A stretch of DNA of 46,856 bases from Paraglomus brasilianum (taxonomy: Eukaryota): positions 1 through 46,856 of the forward strand of contig CAJVPI010000169.1 in NCBI GenBank assembly GCA_910592345.1, written 5' to 3'. The notes beneath the pieces were generated by a model. It was not told where the DNA came from. It searched no databases and was given only the letters and a program-made list of their open reading frames with translations. Each line of letters opens with the position of its first letter. Position 1 is the first letter of the stretch. Of the stretch, positions 23,654-36,860 are shown piece by piece. The translations under genes and the position numbers were made by a program.

Positions 23654-26380
23654 TACATAATAACTTTAATTATTAGTATATATTATAGTCCTCATTGGGC
23701 TTATTGGCGGTTTTGCATACTAATAACCAAGTGCATTGCAAGTTTACAAGTTGGGTTGTTAATATTAATTCTACTTTAACTACTTACTTTAAACTACTGG
23801 TTGTCCTATTTCGTTTTTTATTCTAATTTTCATTATTGTCCAATTCAACAGAGGTTTAATCGTATGAGTTTTCGAGGTCTTTATTTAGTTTTAATCGTAT
23901 GACATTGCTAGCCAAGTAAGGCTGTAATACTTTTCAATTAATTGTTGACTTGACCGATGCTTTGGATCATTATACTCCTGTCAACAACATTACTTCCTAG
24001 CAGAAGCCAAAAGACCTTTAAAATATTACACATAAATTTGCAATGAGGCTTCGCTGAAAGCTTATCAGCTGAAGTAGAGAAACAACCTCTCACATGAATT
24101 TAAAGAATGCTTTACAGTACGAAATACTTTTCTTGTTCTGTGTTTTTTTTTTTTTGGTTGATTGATTCAGTCGAAAACCGTCATGATCGCATAAATAGTT
24201 GAGATTCGTATGCGCTTTTCCAACTGCAGCCGATGCTTCTGATGTTAGTCTCATGTCGACAAAGACATTATTCGGGGGGCAAGTTTGAAAAATTGACAGT
24301 TTACTTGGGGAATGCTGATCAGATTATATTATCAATTTATGGAAGTCAAGAGAGATCGGTTGCTTTATGCGCCTTATTGTAATCGGTTGAATGTATGCCT
24401 GGTGAATATTAGTGCAGTCCACGTGATAGTTCAGGTAATACGATCTGTCACATGAAATATGGATCTTATTCGGAAGCATTTGAAAACATAGTCAATAGGA
24501 ACAAAAATAGTAAAATGTATATATGCTAGGCAGGGTTGAATATAATTTTAGTTTTAAAAATTATATGGTTCTGCTGTCACATACCAAAGTTGGGTAAGTT
24601 TAGGTTTATGTAACAAACTATACATAAAATATTTACTAGAACCATTCGGTTGTTCGAAGCTAATAGTTCCACACGGTTTTTATTGGATTAAATTTTCAGC
24701 ACTAACTGTATGTTTTGTATCATTGTCCTATTGTTTATGTAAATGTAATACATTATGTGTTTTGGAAATTCTAAAGAACAATTGTATAAAAGTTTGCTTG
24801 TCTGACAGGTTTAACTACTCAATAAAACTGTTTACGAAATTGTTCCGACCATGCGTAGTAGCTTGTTTATACGGTTGACAGTGTGTAATAAAGTATCGGT
24901 GAGGCTCAAATTTGATTTAACTCATGTGTCGAGTTTACGAAGAGAATTCTGTAGGGAAAGGTTAAGTGAAGCAAGCATACATTTTGCTTCGTGAAACCCG
25001 AACTTTGTAGTTAATTGGTTAGTTTACATATGAACACGCCGTAATAAGAGGGTGGAAAATGGTGTAAGCAATGAGAATCAGCAGATTTTAGTAAGAGTGC
25101 AGGATACAGAGACAGGTTAAGATAATTATATACCATAAAGGTTTTTTAACGGTTTTTTCCCCTTAAAATAATGAAAAACCTGTTCATCGACGTTCACATT
25201 ATACATTCTCGGGACTCAAAACGCAAAGCCACTACTAATAACGGCTAAGTTTGGTGTTCTTGCATATTATGCGAGTCGAAAACATGCCCCCACTTTTTTA
25301 CCTGCTTTTGCAATACATTATCGGATATTGCCCTTTTAGAAAACTTTATTAGCATGATAAAAAATTTAATGCTTATTCATGCCAGTACGGGGTATTACTA
25401 TTGGCCAAACGGTAAATACTATGTCAACGTAACGTACTCTGACTTTTTACCAGTCTCATAATTTATGTTGGGAATCATGGAACACAGATTGAAGTAGTAC
25501 CATGTGAATGGCTTAATTCGGTTCTAGGATCTGCATGTTATTCGACGTTATCACATAAATTATATAAATTGTACAAGAGATTATTCTAATGTGATAATTC
25601 CGAAACGGATCAACCCCTAGAACCAGTCATTACCAAAAAGACCTCCGTTTTGTGTTTTCAGTACAAATTTCGTTTTAAACCGGACGTGTTATATTGATCC
25701 GTCCCAGATTGGCAAAATCACGCGGCAAATATCGGCTTTCCGACCCCCCCACCATTATGTGACCAAGACACATTGACAAAAGGCGTGCGAAAAAACTTCC
25801 TTGTTACGGAAAGATCTTCATGGCTTCCAAGCAATAAGGATGAAAATTAAAACTTCATATCTTACGTCTCGCAAGTCCAAAGCATTGTTCCGTTGTTTGT
25901 CCGTTTCATCATTCTCACATCATTTCTTCCCACTGAACCGTTGTTCGATTTTCTGCTTCTTACATTTTTACCCAAGACGTTTCACGAACAATGGAGAGAA
26001 TGCCGAGAGAATCAAACCAGTTCAAATAATGGGAAAAAAAAAAGATCATTGTGGTGTCTGCGACCATAATTAGCTAGAGGAGGCATGGGCATGTGAAGTC
26101 TAGAGCCAAAAAGGGAAACAAAACTGTCAAAATGTTAGCCCCCGATAAACTATTCGCAGCGAAATTTTGCATATATACAGTCTCCCTTTAGCAAGCAGCC
26201 ATCCCCCCTGATTCCCTGCGTGTTCATTCCCATCATTCCATATTTACGTGATCCCTGTGTAAATCAAAAGTCCGTGTGTTTCTATCGCGCGCAACTCTCT
26301 TTATCAAGAAGTGGGTTTCCTCATTCCTCTCAAATTTATTTCCCAAGGACATTTCTGTAAATATATACAGCACTGAATAA

Positions 26381-29300
26381 ATGGACGTAGATGCGACAGA
26401 GTTTGCCCGGATGACCGCTCTTCTTGGAGCGTTTGTCGTTGGCTTTGGATTGGTTTCGCTGTTTATCAAAGAAAAGCTATATCTTTCCGAAGCAGGTAAG
26501 TTGGTTTCGTTTGGTTGATCCATTTTTTCTTCGGGGGTCGGAGGAGGGAGGGGGTCGGGGATAATCACGACGAGTTTGCGTATTCGTGCGACTATTGATA
26601 TACGGACGATTAGAAAAGAGGATTGATTGGGCGGATCGATAGTATGCAAGCAGATATTAATAACCTAAATGAACGAATGCACAAGTTAAATGACGGGCGA
26701 TCAAATAGCTGCTTGCTCCTTGTTCTACGACGTAATAGTTGACGCCACACAAAGATGATTAACAGGTTTATCATATTATTGCCTTTTAAAGTCGTTGCGC
26801 TCACAGTTGGTATTCTTGCTGGTGAATATGTTGGGCAAATCATAACTACCTCTGGTTGGGGATACCTGCCGCTGCTAACGAGGGATTTGACACGACTCGC
26901 CATTTCTATCCAGGTACGAAAATTTGGCGTATGTTGTACTTGCAAAACTATCCAATAGTACAACCAGCTAACTAAAACAATGTCTTTATTTAGATGATGG
27001 TTGCAGCTTTGTCCCTACCAAAGTAAGATCCCTTTTTTTCTCGGTAAATGTCTTTTAATGTCGCAACAATTTTTCTGTTTATCCACTAAATATTTGTCAT
27101 ATCTCGTAGGGCGTACGTTGTCCGAGAATATAAATCACTGTTACCACTATTGGGTCCAGTGGTATTATGGATGTGGCTTAGTAGTGCACTATTTACATAC
27201 TGGATAATACCAGACATTGAATTTCCTGAAGCACTGTGCCTTGCTGCCTGTTTTGCTTCGACGGATCCTGTAAGTAATAAATACATGAAGGAAACAAGAT
27301 GTGGCATTTTGGATGTGATTTAATAAATACTTTTCTTTTTCACTTTCAAGGTTCTGTCTAATTCAGTGGTGAAAGGTCGCTTTGCAGACAAACATGTGCC
27401 ACCTCATATCAGGAATATCCTGTCCGCTGAAAGGTACGAGTTCCATTTGTACTGATTTTATGTGGAGGGAAAATATTACTAAGTATATATTCTCATTGTG
27501 CGATCACAGTGGTGCAAATGATGGTATGTAAACCGGTGAACGACTGTCGAGTTGCGGATTTCATATTATGAAATCATTACTAACCGTTTTTTTTTCCCCT
27601 CAAAGGTATGGCGCTCCTGTTTGTAAAGTTAAGCCTGCTACTGATCGAGTCTGAAAGCAAAGGAGAAGCTATAGCAAAATGGATTTATTTGGGATGGTTA
27701 TACGAAATGGCCGTATCCGTAATCATTGGGTTCGTCGTCGGCTATCTTTCACGTAAGGCATTGAGAATTGCCACGAAAAAGAATCTGATTGACAAAGAAT
27801 CCATGCTCGTATTTGCTGTTGCACTGGCGGTAAGTAGACAATCACACTTTTTCAAAGGAATGACAAAACCCCTCAAGCTTGTGTATCCATTATTTTCAGA
27901 TATTTATCATGGGCCTCACGACGACGGTTGGAGTTAATGATTTTTTGGCATGCTTTGTTGCTGGGAATGTGATTTCATGGGAGTAAGTAGATTTTCATCG
28001 GGTGCTATTTATCTAATATGGTTATTTGACTAACAGTCAATATATCATACGCTATAGTGACTGGTTTCGTAAAGGGACAAACGAAGCACATTTTCAAGAA
28101 GTCATTGACATGTTACTTAATCTTGCACTGTTTGTGTATATCGGAGCAACCTTACCGCTTCCGTCGTTTGTGGCGGCTGAACTACCAGTGCCGTGGTGGA
28201 GATTGATTATCCTTGCATTACTTATATTTGCTTTCCGTCGAATACCGATTATTATTGTGTTAGGGAAATGGATACCGGCCTTCAGGACATATCGTGAAGG
28301 TACATATGAGACTATGCTTTTCTGGGAGTTAATTGGGTTACTATATGAAAACCCACGCTTTCCTGTACATTAATAATTTACCTTTGTATAGCTGCGTTTG
28401 CCGGTTTCTTTGGACCCATTGGCGTTGGTAAGCTCAGCTGACTTGCACATTCTTATGAAATGTGAATATAGAAAACTAATGGTGTATTTTTCTTTAGGTG
28501 CTGTATTCTACAGTTCTCTTGCTACCATCTTTTTCGATAATAACAATATCTATGAACGAAATGAACGTGCACGGGACATAGTCGGCCCGGGTATCTATTA
28601 AACTTTTTTTGCGTAATGATGGTTTCTGGTGTCATGTCACTTAAGAAAGAAAAACCTTTATTGTTGCAGTCGTGCAATTTGTTGTAATGTCCAGTGTAAT
28701 TGTCCATGGTATAACTTTGCCCCTTGGTGAGTTTATGTTACACATCTTGTTCATTATCAATACTGTTAGATTTTCAACATTCTAATTGCATTCTCTTTAG
28801 TAAAAATGGGAAGGCGTATAAACATGTCCGCTGCCAGTCTCTCTCGCCTATCAGCCGCCAATCTCTCCCGCATATCTATAATACAAGAGAAACTATTAAA
28901 ACAAACCAAAAACCAACAACTCAACATTATCGCTCAATCTGGACTTGTCGATATTACAGATGAAAAAGAACGTAGCAATGTTGATGGTAGTACGTCGATA
29001 TATTTCGCCGGCAACACTGACCAGCGACGACAAGAATATACTATATTTGATGAAAATGAAAATATTGTTATCAGCGATAGTACGGGTGAACATATAGCTG
29101 TAATACACGTCGATCAACCGGATTCAGAAAAACGTGACAGCTTGCTAGCTCGTCTCGGTCAATGGGCGTGGCATTCGAAAGAAGGATCAAGCTCTACAGA
29201 AGCAAGTGAGAATTGGCAATCAGCAATCGAAGGCGAGAATGATGAGAATGATACGAAATTGGATGTTTTTGAGACGTCAAATGGAAGTGGGGGAAAATGA
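26381..29300 (+). CDS. NHA1: Plasma-membrane Na+(K+)/H+ antiporter, CPA1 family (Nha1/Sod2-like), intron-rich
   Basis: Spliced reading gives MDVDATEF...FGLVSLFIKEKLYLSEA (26381..26495), exons 26792..26913, 26994..27022 and 27110..27269 (LLGPV..MW...STDP), then VLSNSVVKGRFADKHVP...LSAESGANDGM, LIDKESMLVF, FQEVIDMLLN, FRRIP, FAGFFGPIGVGAVFY, SSVIVHGITLP, and a hydrophilic tail. All introns GT-AG. Confidence 0.93.
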
Positions 29301-29667
29301 AAAAGTATCTGGGTCGAACAATTAATACGTCTTTTTAACCTAATTATAGTCAAATTGCTAGTAGAGGTTCTAGCAACTGATAATAGTAATAGTAATAAAT
29401 GGAACTATTGGCGAGTTGTATGACATAAATCATTAAACATGACCATACAAAAACAAAGTTATCTTCTCTCCTTAAACTGGGATGGTAAAAATAATTGGGT
29501 ATATAAGGTGTGCTCAGGTACAAAAGTGGTAAACTATTGAATTATTTTGAGAAAGGCCTAATACTAAAATCAATTCTTTTCGTTTTTGTCTTTCGGCGGT
29601 AGATATTGATGCACGATATGGCAAACTATGATTGGCCATGCCCCGAGTCAATGCAAGAATTAGCTAC

Positions 29668-30237
29668 ACCCCCTGCCAAAAGATACAAGATTTTACCAGT
29701 AAAACTCGAAAATTTCAAGTCGCTAATTCTCCATAAACTTATATCATTTTAAAGCTAAATAATTGTAGTTTTAATTCAGAAATACCTATAATTCGACCGC
29801 TTGCGTTCCGAGGTTATCGATCGAATTAATGTACAAGTCGAATTATCGTCAGTTAATTACAATAGAAATAATAATAAATGTCAAAAAATGTTCTGTAACC
29901 AGCGGTCGAATTAACGTATAAATCGAATTAAAGAAGGTCGAATTATCGGCAGTTGACTGTATCAATCTTAACGATTGTCGCGTATACCGACCGCCAAAGG
30001 TATAAATACGATTTACGTCAATCATTTACTAGTAATTAGCGAGTGAAGCTTTCATATCCTCCTCACACCGCAACAGTAATATCTTAAAATTGCTGATATC
30101 TTTCAGTTAAAACTGCAATCATTTAGCTTTAAAATGGTGTAAGGTTTATTGGTACTTGTTTGAGAAAATACGGAGAATTAGCGACTTGAAATTCTCGATT
30201 TTTCATATCGTATTTATACTTTGGCATGGGGGGGGGT
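29668..30237. mobile_element. Non-autonomous element with long (about 120-140 bp) imperfect terminal inverted repeats and a nested Tc1/mariner-type end
   Basis: CCCCCTGCCAAA...AATTTCAAGTCGCTAATTCTCC...CATTTTAAAGCTAAAT at left is mirrored by ATTTAGCTTTAAAATG...GGAGAATTAGCGACTTGAAATT...TTTGGCATGGGGGG at right. Internal GTCGAATTA repeats end in CAGTTGACTG|TA at 29959. Confidence 0.7.
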
Positions 30238-30554
30238 TCGCTGAAGCGTCAATTAAACGTTGTTGGTTCGTTGATTCTAATAGACGAAGAATTGTCATTG
30301 AAGGCAGTTTGGAGTTATTCGTCCCTTTCTACAACACAAGATTCTAAAGAATTATTCAAATAATTAATGCACTAGATCATAAAATCATAGTAAACGACAA
30401 TAGAAATAAAATAAAAGTCTATCAATTAATCACGTGCAATTACTTCGTGCAACAGATTTTATTATTATACTACCTTATTAGTCGACGAAAATTATGTTGA
30501 TAACACAGCCCGAGAAACTATGTGCTTGACACTCAAGAAAACCAATCGATTGAA

Positions 30555-33113
30555 ATGACGACCTTGATTTCTTCCAAGTTGGCTCCAGCCAGCCCCAATA
30601 AATCAGAAGGCGAGGATGAGGAGGATGAAACAATTGAAAGCTTTATGGTTCTGATCGAATATTACAATACGGCACTGCTGCAAATACCAATGCTGTTCAG
30701 CCCGGACAAAAAGCTTAGTGAGGTTCGTAATGAACTCGAAGCAACAGAACGTCGCGGTAGGCCCATGATGACAGATGAGATGAATTTTTATACTTATGGA
30801 CATTATGCCATACCACACGAGGTAGAAGAGAGAACCGAACTCAGGCTTGTGCTTAATCTAGCCGAAGATAATACTTATACTCTTGTTATTGGATTAAATA
30901 ATAATGATGATGGTGGTGGTGATGATAGTGCACAGTTTCATGGCTTAATTCGAAGACTTAACCTAAGCCACGGTGTCATCATTTACGACGGAGGTTTACA
31001 GCAATCACAAACGCCCCAAGAAGCTTTTGAGTTTATTGACAACCAGTACAAGTTATCGAAACAAAATTCTTCAACAGATTATAAAGTCAGCTGTAAAACC
31101 GACTATGACATTGATCAGTTACATAAGATTGGTTTTACAGGGAGTTCAGAGTTGAAAATACCATGGTAACACCTTCTTTCATATGTTAAGAGAACGATTA
31201 TTGCATTCTCATGTAACACAGATCATATCGATATATTGACTATTCGAATAATTTTATGCTTATACTATTAACAGGCGGCCAGATGGGCTCTCGTTAAAGG
31301 CTGAGCCTTGGAGCGGCAACGATCGCAGTGGGTATAGAGTAGGCGAGCCAACGCATACTATTACCGAGTTCGTCAAAGCGACTTTATTTATGAGCAAAGA
31401 ATATGTAAGACCGTCAGCAAGCTTTAAAAACGAAGTTGACCAAGCGTTGAGTCTTGATGATATTATTGCTGTCCGTGCAAAATTAATGGAAATATGTGAT
31501 AGATATGGACCGTTCTGGCCTAGAAAGGTACAGCTCGGAGGAAGAATTACGAAAAGTGAGCCGGAGCGAAAGAGACTGGTAACAGATTTCGATGATTTCG
31601 ATGATTTCGATGATAGCACTGTAACAGACATTTATACCAATGTCATTGGTGGCAATGAAATCTTGTACATGGAAGATGGAGACGCAGGTAATGAACATGC
31701 ATTCTTTTGTCCGCGCGTCTGTTTATCCTTAGCTAACGAATCTAATGATTTTGGTATTTTTCTATTCACGTATAGCAAAATGGGCGGAATCTCTCAATTC
31801 CATTTCGTCGTGGAAAATTCTTAGATACGAAGATGTAGTCATAATATTCGAAATATTTGATGAGGAAACCCGAAATCATATTCTCCAGGCATTTTGGGGA
31901 AGCATTCTCTATCACGACATTCAGAAAGTAGAAGCAGTCTTTGGCCCGCAACATAAAGACATTCATAAACGATCGATTGACATCCCAGAACACTTGCATG
32001 CAAACATGGATCGCCTTCAAGTTTACGTGACTCTTCTGCGCAAGGATAATGCAAAGGATGCATTCTGCATAAGTACCGCACGCAGCCCTAAAGGAATTCC
32101 GGAAGTTTGTATCCATTATACAGGTCGAAAGCAGATTCCTCCAAAGACAACCAAAGTCTTTAGTTTGAGTTTGGCTGTCATTGTCACTGGATATCCTCCT
32201 TCATTTATTCTGGAGAAGCCAAACGAAAATATTTGTGTGAGATCTTTCAGTCTGCCAATACAAAAAGTCGGAAACAAGTTTATCGCGAAAATGCCTCAAA
32301 GGAGTTTCAAGCAAACTGCCATCTTGGCTACATGTTACACTTCGGATGAGGCAGGGCGAAATAGTCTAATGAGCGTAGTGAACAAGTCTAACGATCCTCT
32401 GATAGTCGGAACACATCTTCACGTAGATGACGGTGTTAAACTCTGTGCTTTTGGTATGTAGTGGTAAACAAATGGGAGAGGAGGGGGGCTTCAGATGAAG
32501 TTGTGTTTACAAGTTTGCGTGCGAAGGCTCTGGATATCGAGACCTGCTGCACGTGCTAACGTTATTGAGGTGATATTGTAGGCTACTGGGTTAAGGAAGA
32601 CGGTTCGTATGAGCTTCACGACAAACTGGATACGGAAAACTTTCGAATAGCTTATTCGTAAGTGTAATTTATCACACATAACGACTGCACTCAATTCAAT
32701 CACTTACTTACTTCCCCTCTTTATCGCATAGCATTATCACCGATATGGGAGGTGATGAGGCAATGGGAACTTTTAATTTTCCATTGAAATGGCCAACTAA
32801 ACGGACGCCCGGACCCGCAAATAATTTGTTGGAAACTGCCGAATACAAAGCAATGGCGAACAAAATCCATTTGAGAAAGCCGATGTTTGCAGGAAAGAAT
32901 GAGTGCTATACAATGTGTGGTAACGCAGTCTTTAAGCAAGGAGAATGCGTACCAGGGTTTATAACTTGCTATCCTAGCCATATGCAGTTCTGGACTTTTG
33001 ATGATTACTCGGATACACAAGGAGAATTTACATATTATATCCCGAGACTTAGTAATACTTTCAATCATAGAATAGGCAAGAAAATGGGGAAAAGAATTTC
33101 ACAGGCATATTAG
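30555..33113 (+). CDS. MACPF-like protein with a ubiquitin-like N-terminal domain, 719 aa; join(30555..31165,31275..31687,31776..32453,32582..32657,32732..33113)
   Basis: All four introns are GT-AG and phase-consistent (2160 nt total). ICDRYGPFWPRKVQLGGRI matches the MACPF signature Y-G-x-x-[FYW]-x6-GG, followed by VIGGNE and KWAESLNSISSWKIL as in MACPF domains. N-terminal DKKLSEVRNEL...MNF...IPHEVEERTELRLVL is ubiquitin-like. Confidence 0.72.
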
Positions 33114-34251
33114 AGAGGGAACTTTATTGGCTTTATCGTTTCGACATTATGCCATCATTGTACATTTTTGCCATAAATTAAACATATCATCGCTCAATAT
33201 TTCAAGTCCACGCAAGATACAAAGGGGGGGGGGGGGCAAAATCCACATCGTCGTGTGTCCTGCAATTACTTGTTTATTGGCCTGGCGGTCAGTACCTTAA
33301 TGCGTAAATTGACTGAATGCTAGCACCTTGTTGAGCTATCACATTTTGGATGGATAAAGATAATAGTCAGTCCGAAATGCCCGTTATTTGTTCGCTCAAA
33401 TGAAAATGTCTCGATCATTTGTTGGTATCAATCAATCATCCTAAACATCTGTTTAAACTTCTGTTTTACATGTTAATTTTCGAACCAGTCAATATAAAGG
33501 GATATGAACTCTATGCAAACAAACTCGTCCAACAATTCTAATTCATATAAAATTGCACAAGTGAGTATTTGTTGTGTTGAACGCCATTATTGCCAGATTG
33601 ATGATACTGACACGTGTACTTATTGTAGACATAATTTTAACTTTTCGTGTTAATCCAAATATAGTAAAGAATGGTTGATGGTGGGCATCGTAAATGAATA
33701 TATTTCCCCACGTAGAGTTGTTCTGTTGGCCAAACACCTCCTTGCATGGCATGGGAATTACTATTGCGAGATACACGTACATGCACGTTAGAGGCTTACA
33801 AGAACCGTGTAAAATTGTTTGGAATTCGAATTATCGCAGAAGATCTCTTTTCCTCTTCCCTTCGGACATAGTGTGGGAATAATCTCGGCTTTTTGAGGGG
33901 CAACGGACAAGTCGGTTTTTTTACTGTAACTCTGCGTCTGAACTATGTGTCAGCATGTCAATTCGTTATTCTAATCATCATGGCTGCTGTTTAAGCGCGC
34001 AATTAATTAGCTCTTAGGAACGTCTCGTAAGTTTTTATAATAAACCTGCATTTTGATGTTAAACCAACAAAGCACCTTTTATGTTACATGCCTTAAACAC
34101 TGTTAAACCAATTTTCTAGTCGTTCTTTATTCACGTTTGGTTTCCAAATTTATATCCGCTTTAAAAAAAAAAAAGAAAAAGAAAAAGAAAAAAGAAACAA
34201 AAACAAATATTCGCTATTGTGTATATAGCATCTGTATACATGGGGGAAGCA

Positions 34252-35345
34252 TTACATTGTATTTTGAGCATCCTGATCTAAGATTACTCGAACCTCCCTG
34301 CTGTAGATAGAACAATCTGTCTTTAATCTATCGTACTTTTTTACAATTGCAACAATTGTTTGCGGAAGCAACTGCGAAGTTTGCGATTGTTGTGGAAGAC
34401 GTCTAAATCTATGAATAATTTCCTTTAAAGCCGTAACTTGAGCTGACCAAAACGTTTCGAACGCGGACGTGTGATATTTTATGTTGCTATTAATTATACA
34501 AATATGCGGGTTAGAGAAAAAAAATACTTTATCTCTCCAGCTCTCTCTTAAAAACTTCTATCAAATTACCTGAGATTCTTGATAAGCTCCCTGGTGATTT
34601 CAAGGTTTTTACTGGAGCGATTCTTTATCGATTGAAGTTCCGCCAACTGTTTCTTGAATTCTTGCTTCTTCCCATTAAGAAGGGCGTCAATTAGGTTAAT
34701 GACAATTACTTTAACCATAGGCAAAGCAATATCCAGTACAATTAACCATTTCTTCGCAATCTTGCTTCGACGTAGCACGGCAGTTGACACATCTTCAATT
34801 CCATCAAGGACCTCAGCAAACATGTTTGTGAATGAAGGCGGCCCATTTGCAGCCAGTAAACTTTCTTCTTCGATGGCCAGTTTTTCACATTGTTCAAGGT
34901 GTTCCTGATACCCTTCACAGGATTCTTTGATTTCTTGAAGATGTTCGATAATAGATTTATATCCCGACTGAAGCTGTTCGGCCCCGTTTTGTAAATTCTG
35001 AGCGTCTGTAAGTGAGTTTTCGAATGACTCTAAGTAATGGTCAGATGAAAGCCCTTCCGATTGCATTATAGCTTGAAAGTAGACCGCCATATCGTCAGCA
35101 TGGTCGGACAATTGCATGCTATGTTTTAAAGACTTGTTGGTCAAGTCACGAAATTTGGTTTTCTCTTTTTTGACAGATTTAATGAATTGTTTAATAACAT
35201 CGTCGTCAGGGTTCATAATTTCACATTTGTGAAGAAGCTCTAGCGCAGTATTCGTGGAGTTCACAATCGCTTGTCTATCTGGAAGCTTCGTCGTCAGTAA
35301 TTTTTCCGTGGCGCGATTGATGATATCATCGTCAGCGGCATACAT
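34252..35345 (-). CDS. ClyA/Hbl-Nhe-like helical protein, class B paralog B1 (336 aa); exons 35345..34570 and 34486..34252
   Basis: ATG at 35345. Phase-2 intron 34487..34569 (GTAATT...CTAAC...ATAG). Exon 2, missed by the ORF track, encodes NIKYHTSAFETFWSAQVTALKEII...KKYDRLKTDCSIYS...*, homologous to B2 exon 2. Confidence 0.8.
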
Positions 35346-36860
35346 ATTTGCTAAGGAATACAAGTCAGATTATTAGCACAGGTCCTCGCTCCGGTAACAT
35401 GTCGATGTATAGTCGTCCACTCACCGACTGAGAACGGCAAGAATGGTTTTTTGCGTTAGTGCAATGTAACCGCAAAGCACAGCGCACAATACCCGCTATA
35501 ACATTATTATATAATTGTTGCCGATATGATATTATTAGAAACTCGAATTCTAACGTTTGTTTGCTCAAAACATCTGCTAACCGTTATTGTAAGAACAAAG
35601 TCCTGCTGTGTAATTGTGTAATATATGTTTGACCAGTAAACGTCTGCCAAAGGATTTCCGATGAAGGGTGGCTTTCCACTACTATATCTAGAAAATAATG
35701 ATGTTTCGTCGGGATACAGGGCGTCAGTTCATAAGTAGGTGCATGATTGCTAAACGCTATCGGGCGTAAATTGTCTACTCATCGCTTATCCATAGAAAAG
35801 TCTCTTGTGATTATGTAAATATTTACATATAAATTTACCCAATTCAATGATTTTACGTATCATGAATCGGCTATGAAAATTACACAGTTCACGGAATAAA
35901 TTAAACCCTTAAACCTAATTCACAATGTAATATATGATGTTCGATTGAACGACATTCCCAGCGATTAAAAGGTTGTAAGCTCATTTACTAACTTTTTTAA
36001 ATCTCCATACTATCAACGGACAAAGTTAATTGGGTTATGTAAATGACCCAAGGTTGTTTTTCTAATATTTTTGTTGGTAATAATCAAATGTTTGTTTATA
36101 CATCACTAATCAATTCTTCTCAATCTGGGAAAGAGTGTCAACCCACCATTGTACTGTTAACAAGATATTAATACCAAGAACTGTATATTAGATAATAGCT
36201 TTGTATAGAGTATAAGCATGTAGGCAAGAACTAGCATATATCTCAATGCTATGTACGATTGCAGCTGTCTGTAGGCATTGTATGCATACCGCAGTGTGAC
36301 AGAATAAGCATCAAGCATGCAGAAGGCTTATACACTGTTGGGATCGATCGATTGGTCGAATAATCGTGATTTGCAGCTCGTCATACTTACCCCATGTTAA
36401 AAATAGCAATTTTTTCAATGAGCTGTTGATTAATACATCGCTAACCAAGTAAATCCAGAACGAGAAACAAAGTCGACTAGAACACGGATATTCATGTCAA
36501 AATTATCATTTGCCTTTTCTCTTTATTTCTTGCAGCAGGAGCCCATGAAAATAAACTATACATCATTTACTCAAACCAACCAGTCCAGTCTTTGATCAAT
36601 TGGTGGTGCCGCAACTTGACCCCCCGTCTATCGACCATACGTTGGCCTAATCGCATACCACAATGTCATCTCCCCAGTTTTATAATCCAAGTAATTCGGT
36701 GGCTCTATGGCTACAAATATCGGATAGCTTGACAAGCAGTTTACGAAACGGTCTAGTTAAATCGTTAAAGTCTTCTACTTACATACTGATGAGAATGATG
36801 AATAAATATTCTTGCCGTAACCAGGTCTCAATTTCCAAAATCAAAAATAATCGAGAACAA

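Noticed and set aside
26233..26963. Minus-strand ORFs of 138 and 117 aa
   Set aside because: Antisense to NHA1 exons 1-2 and intron 1.
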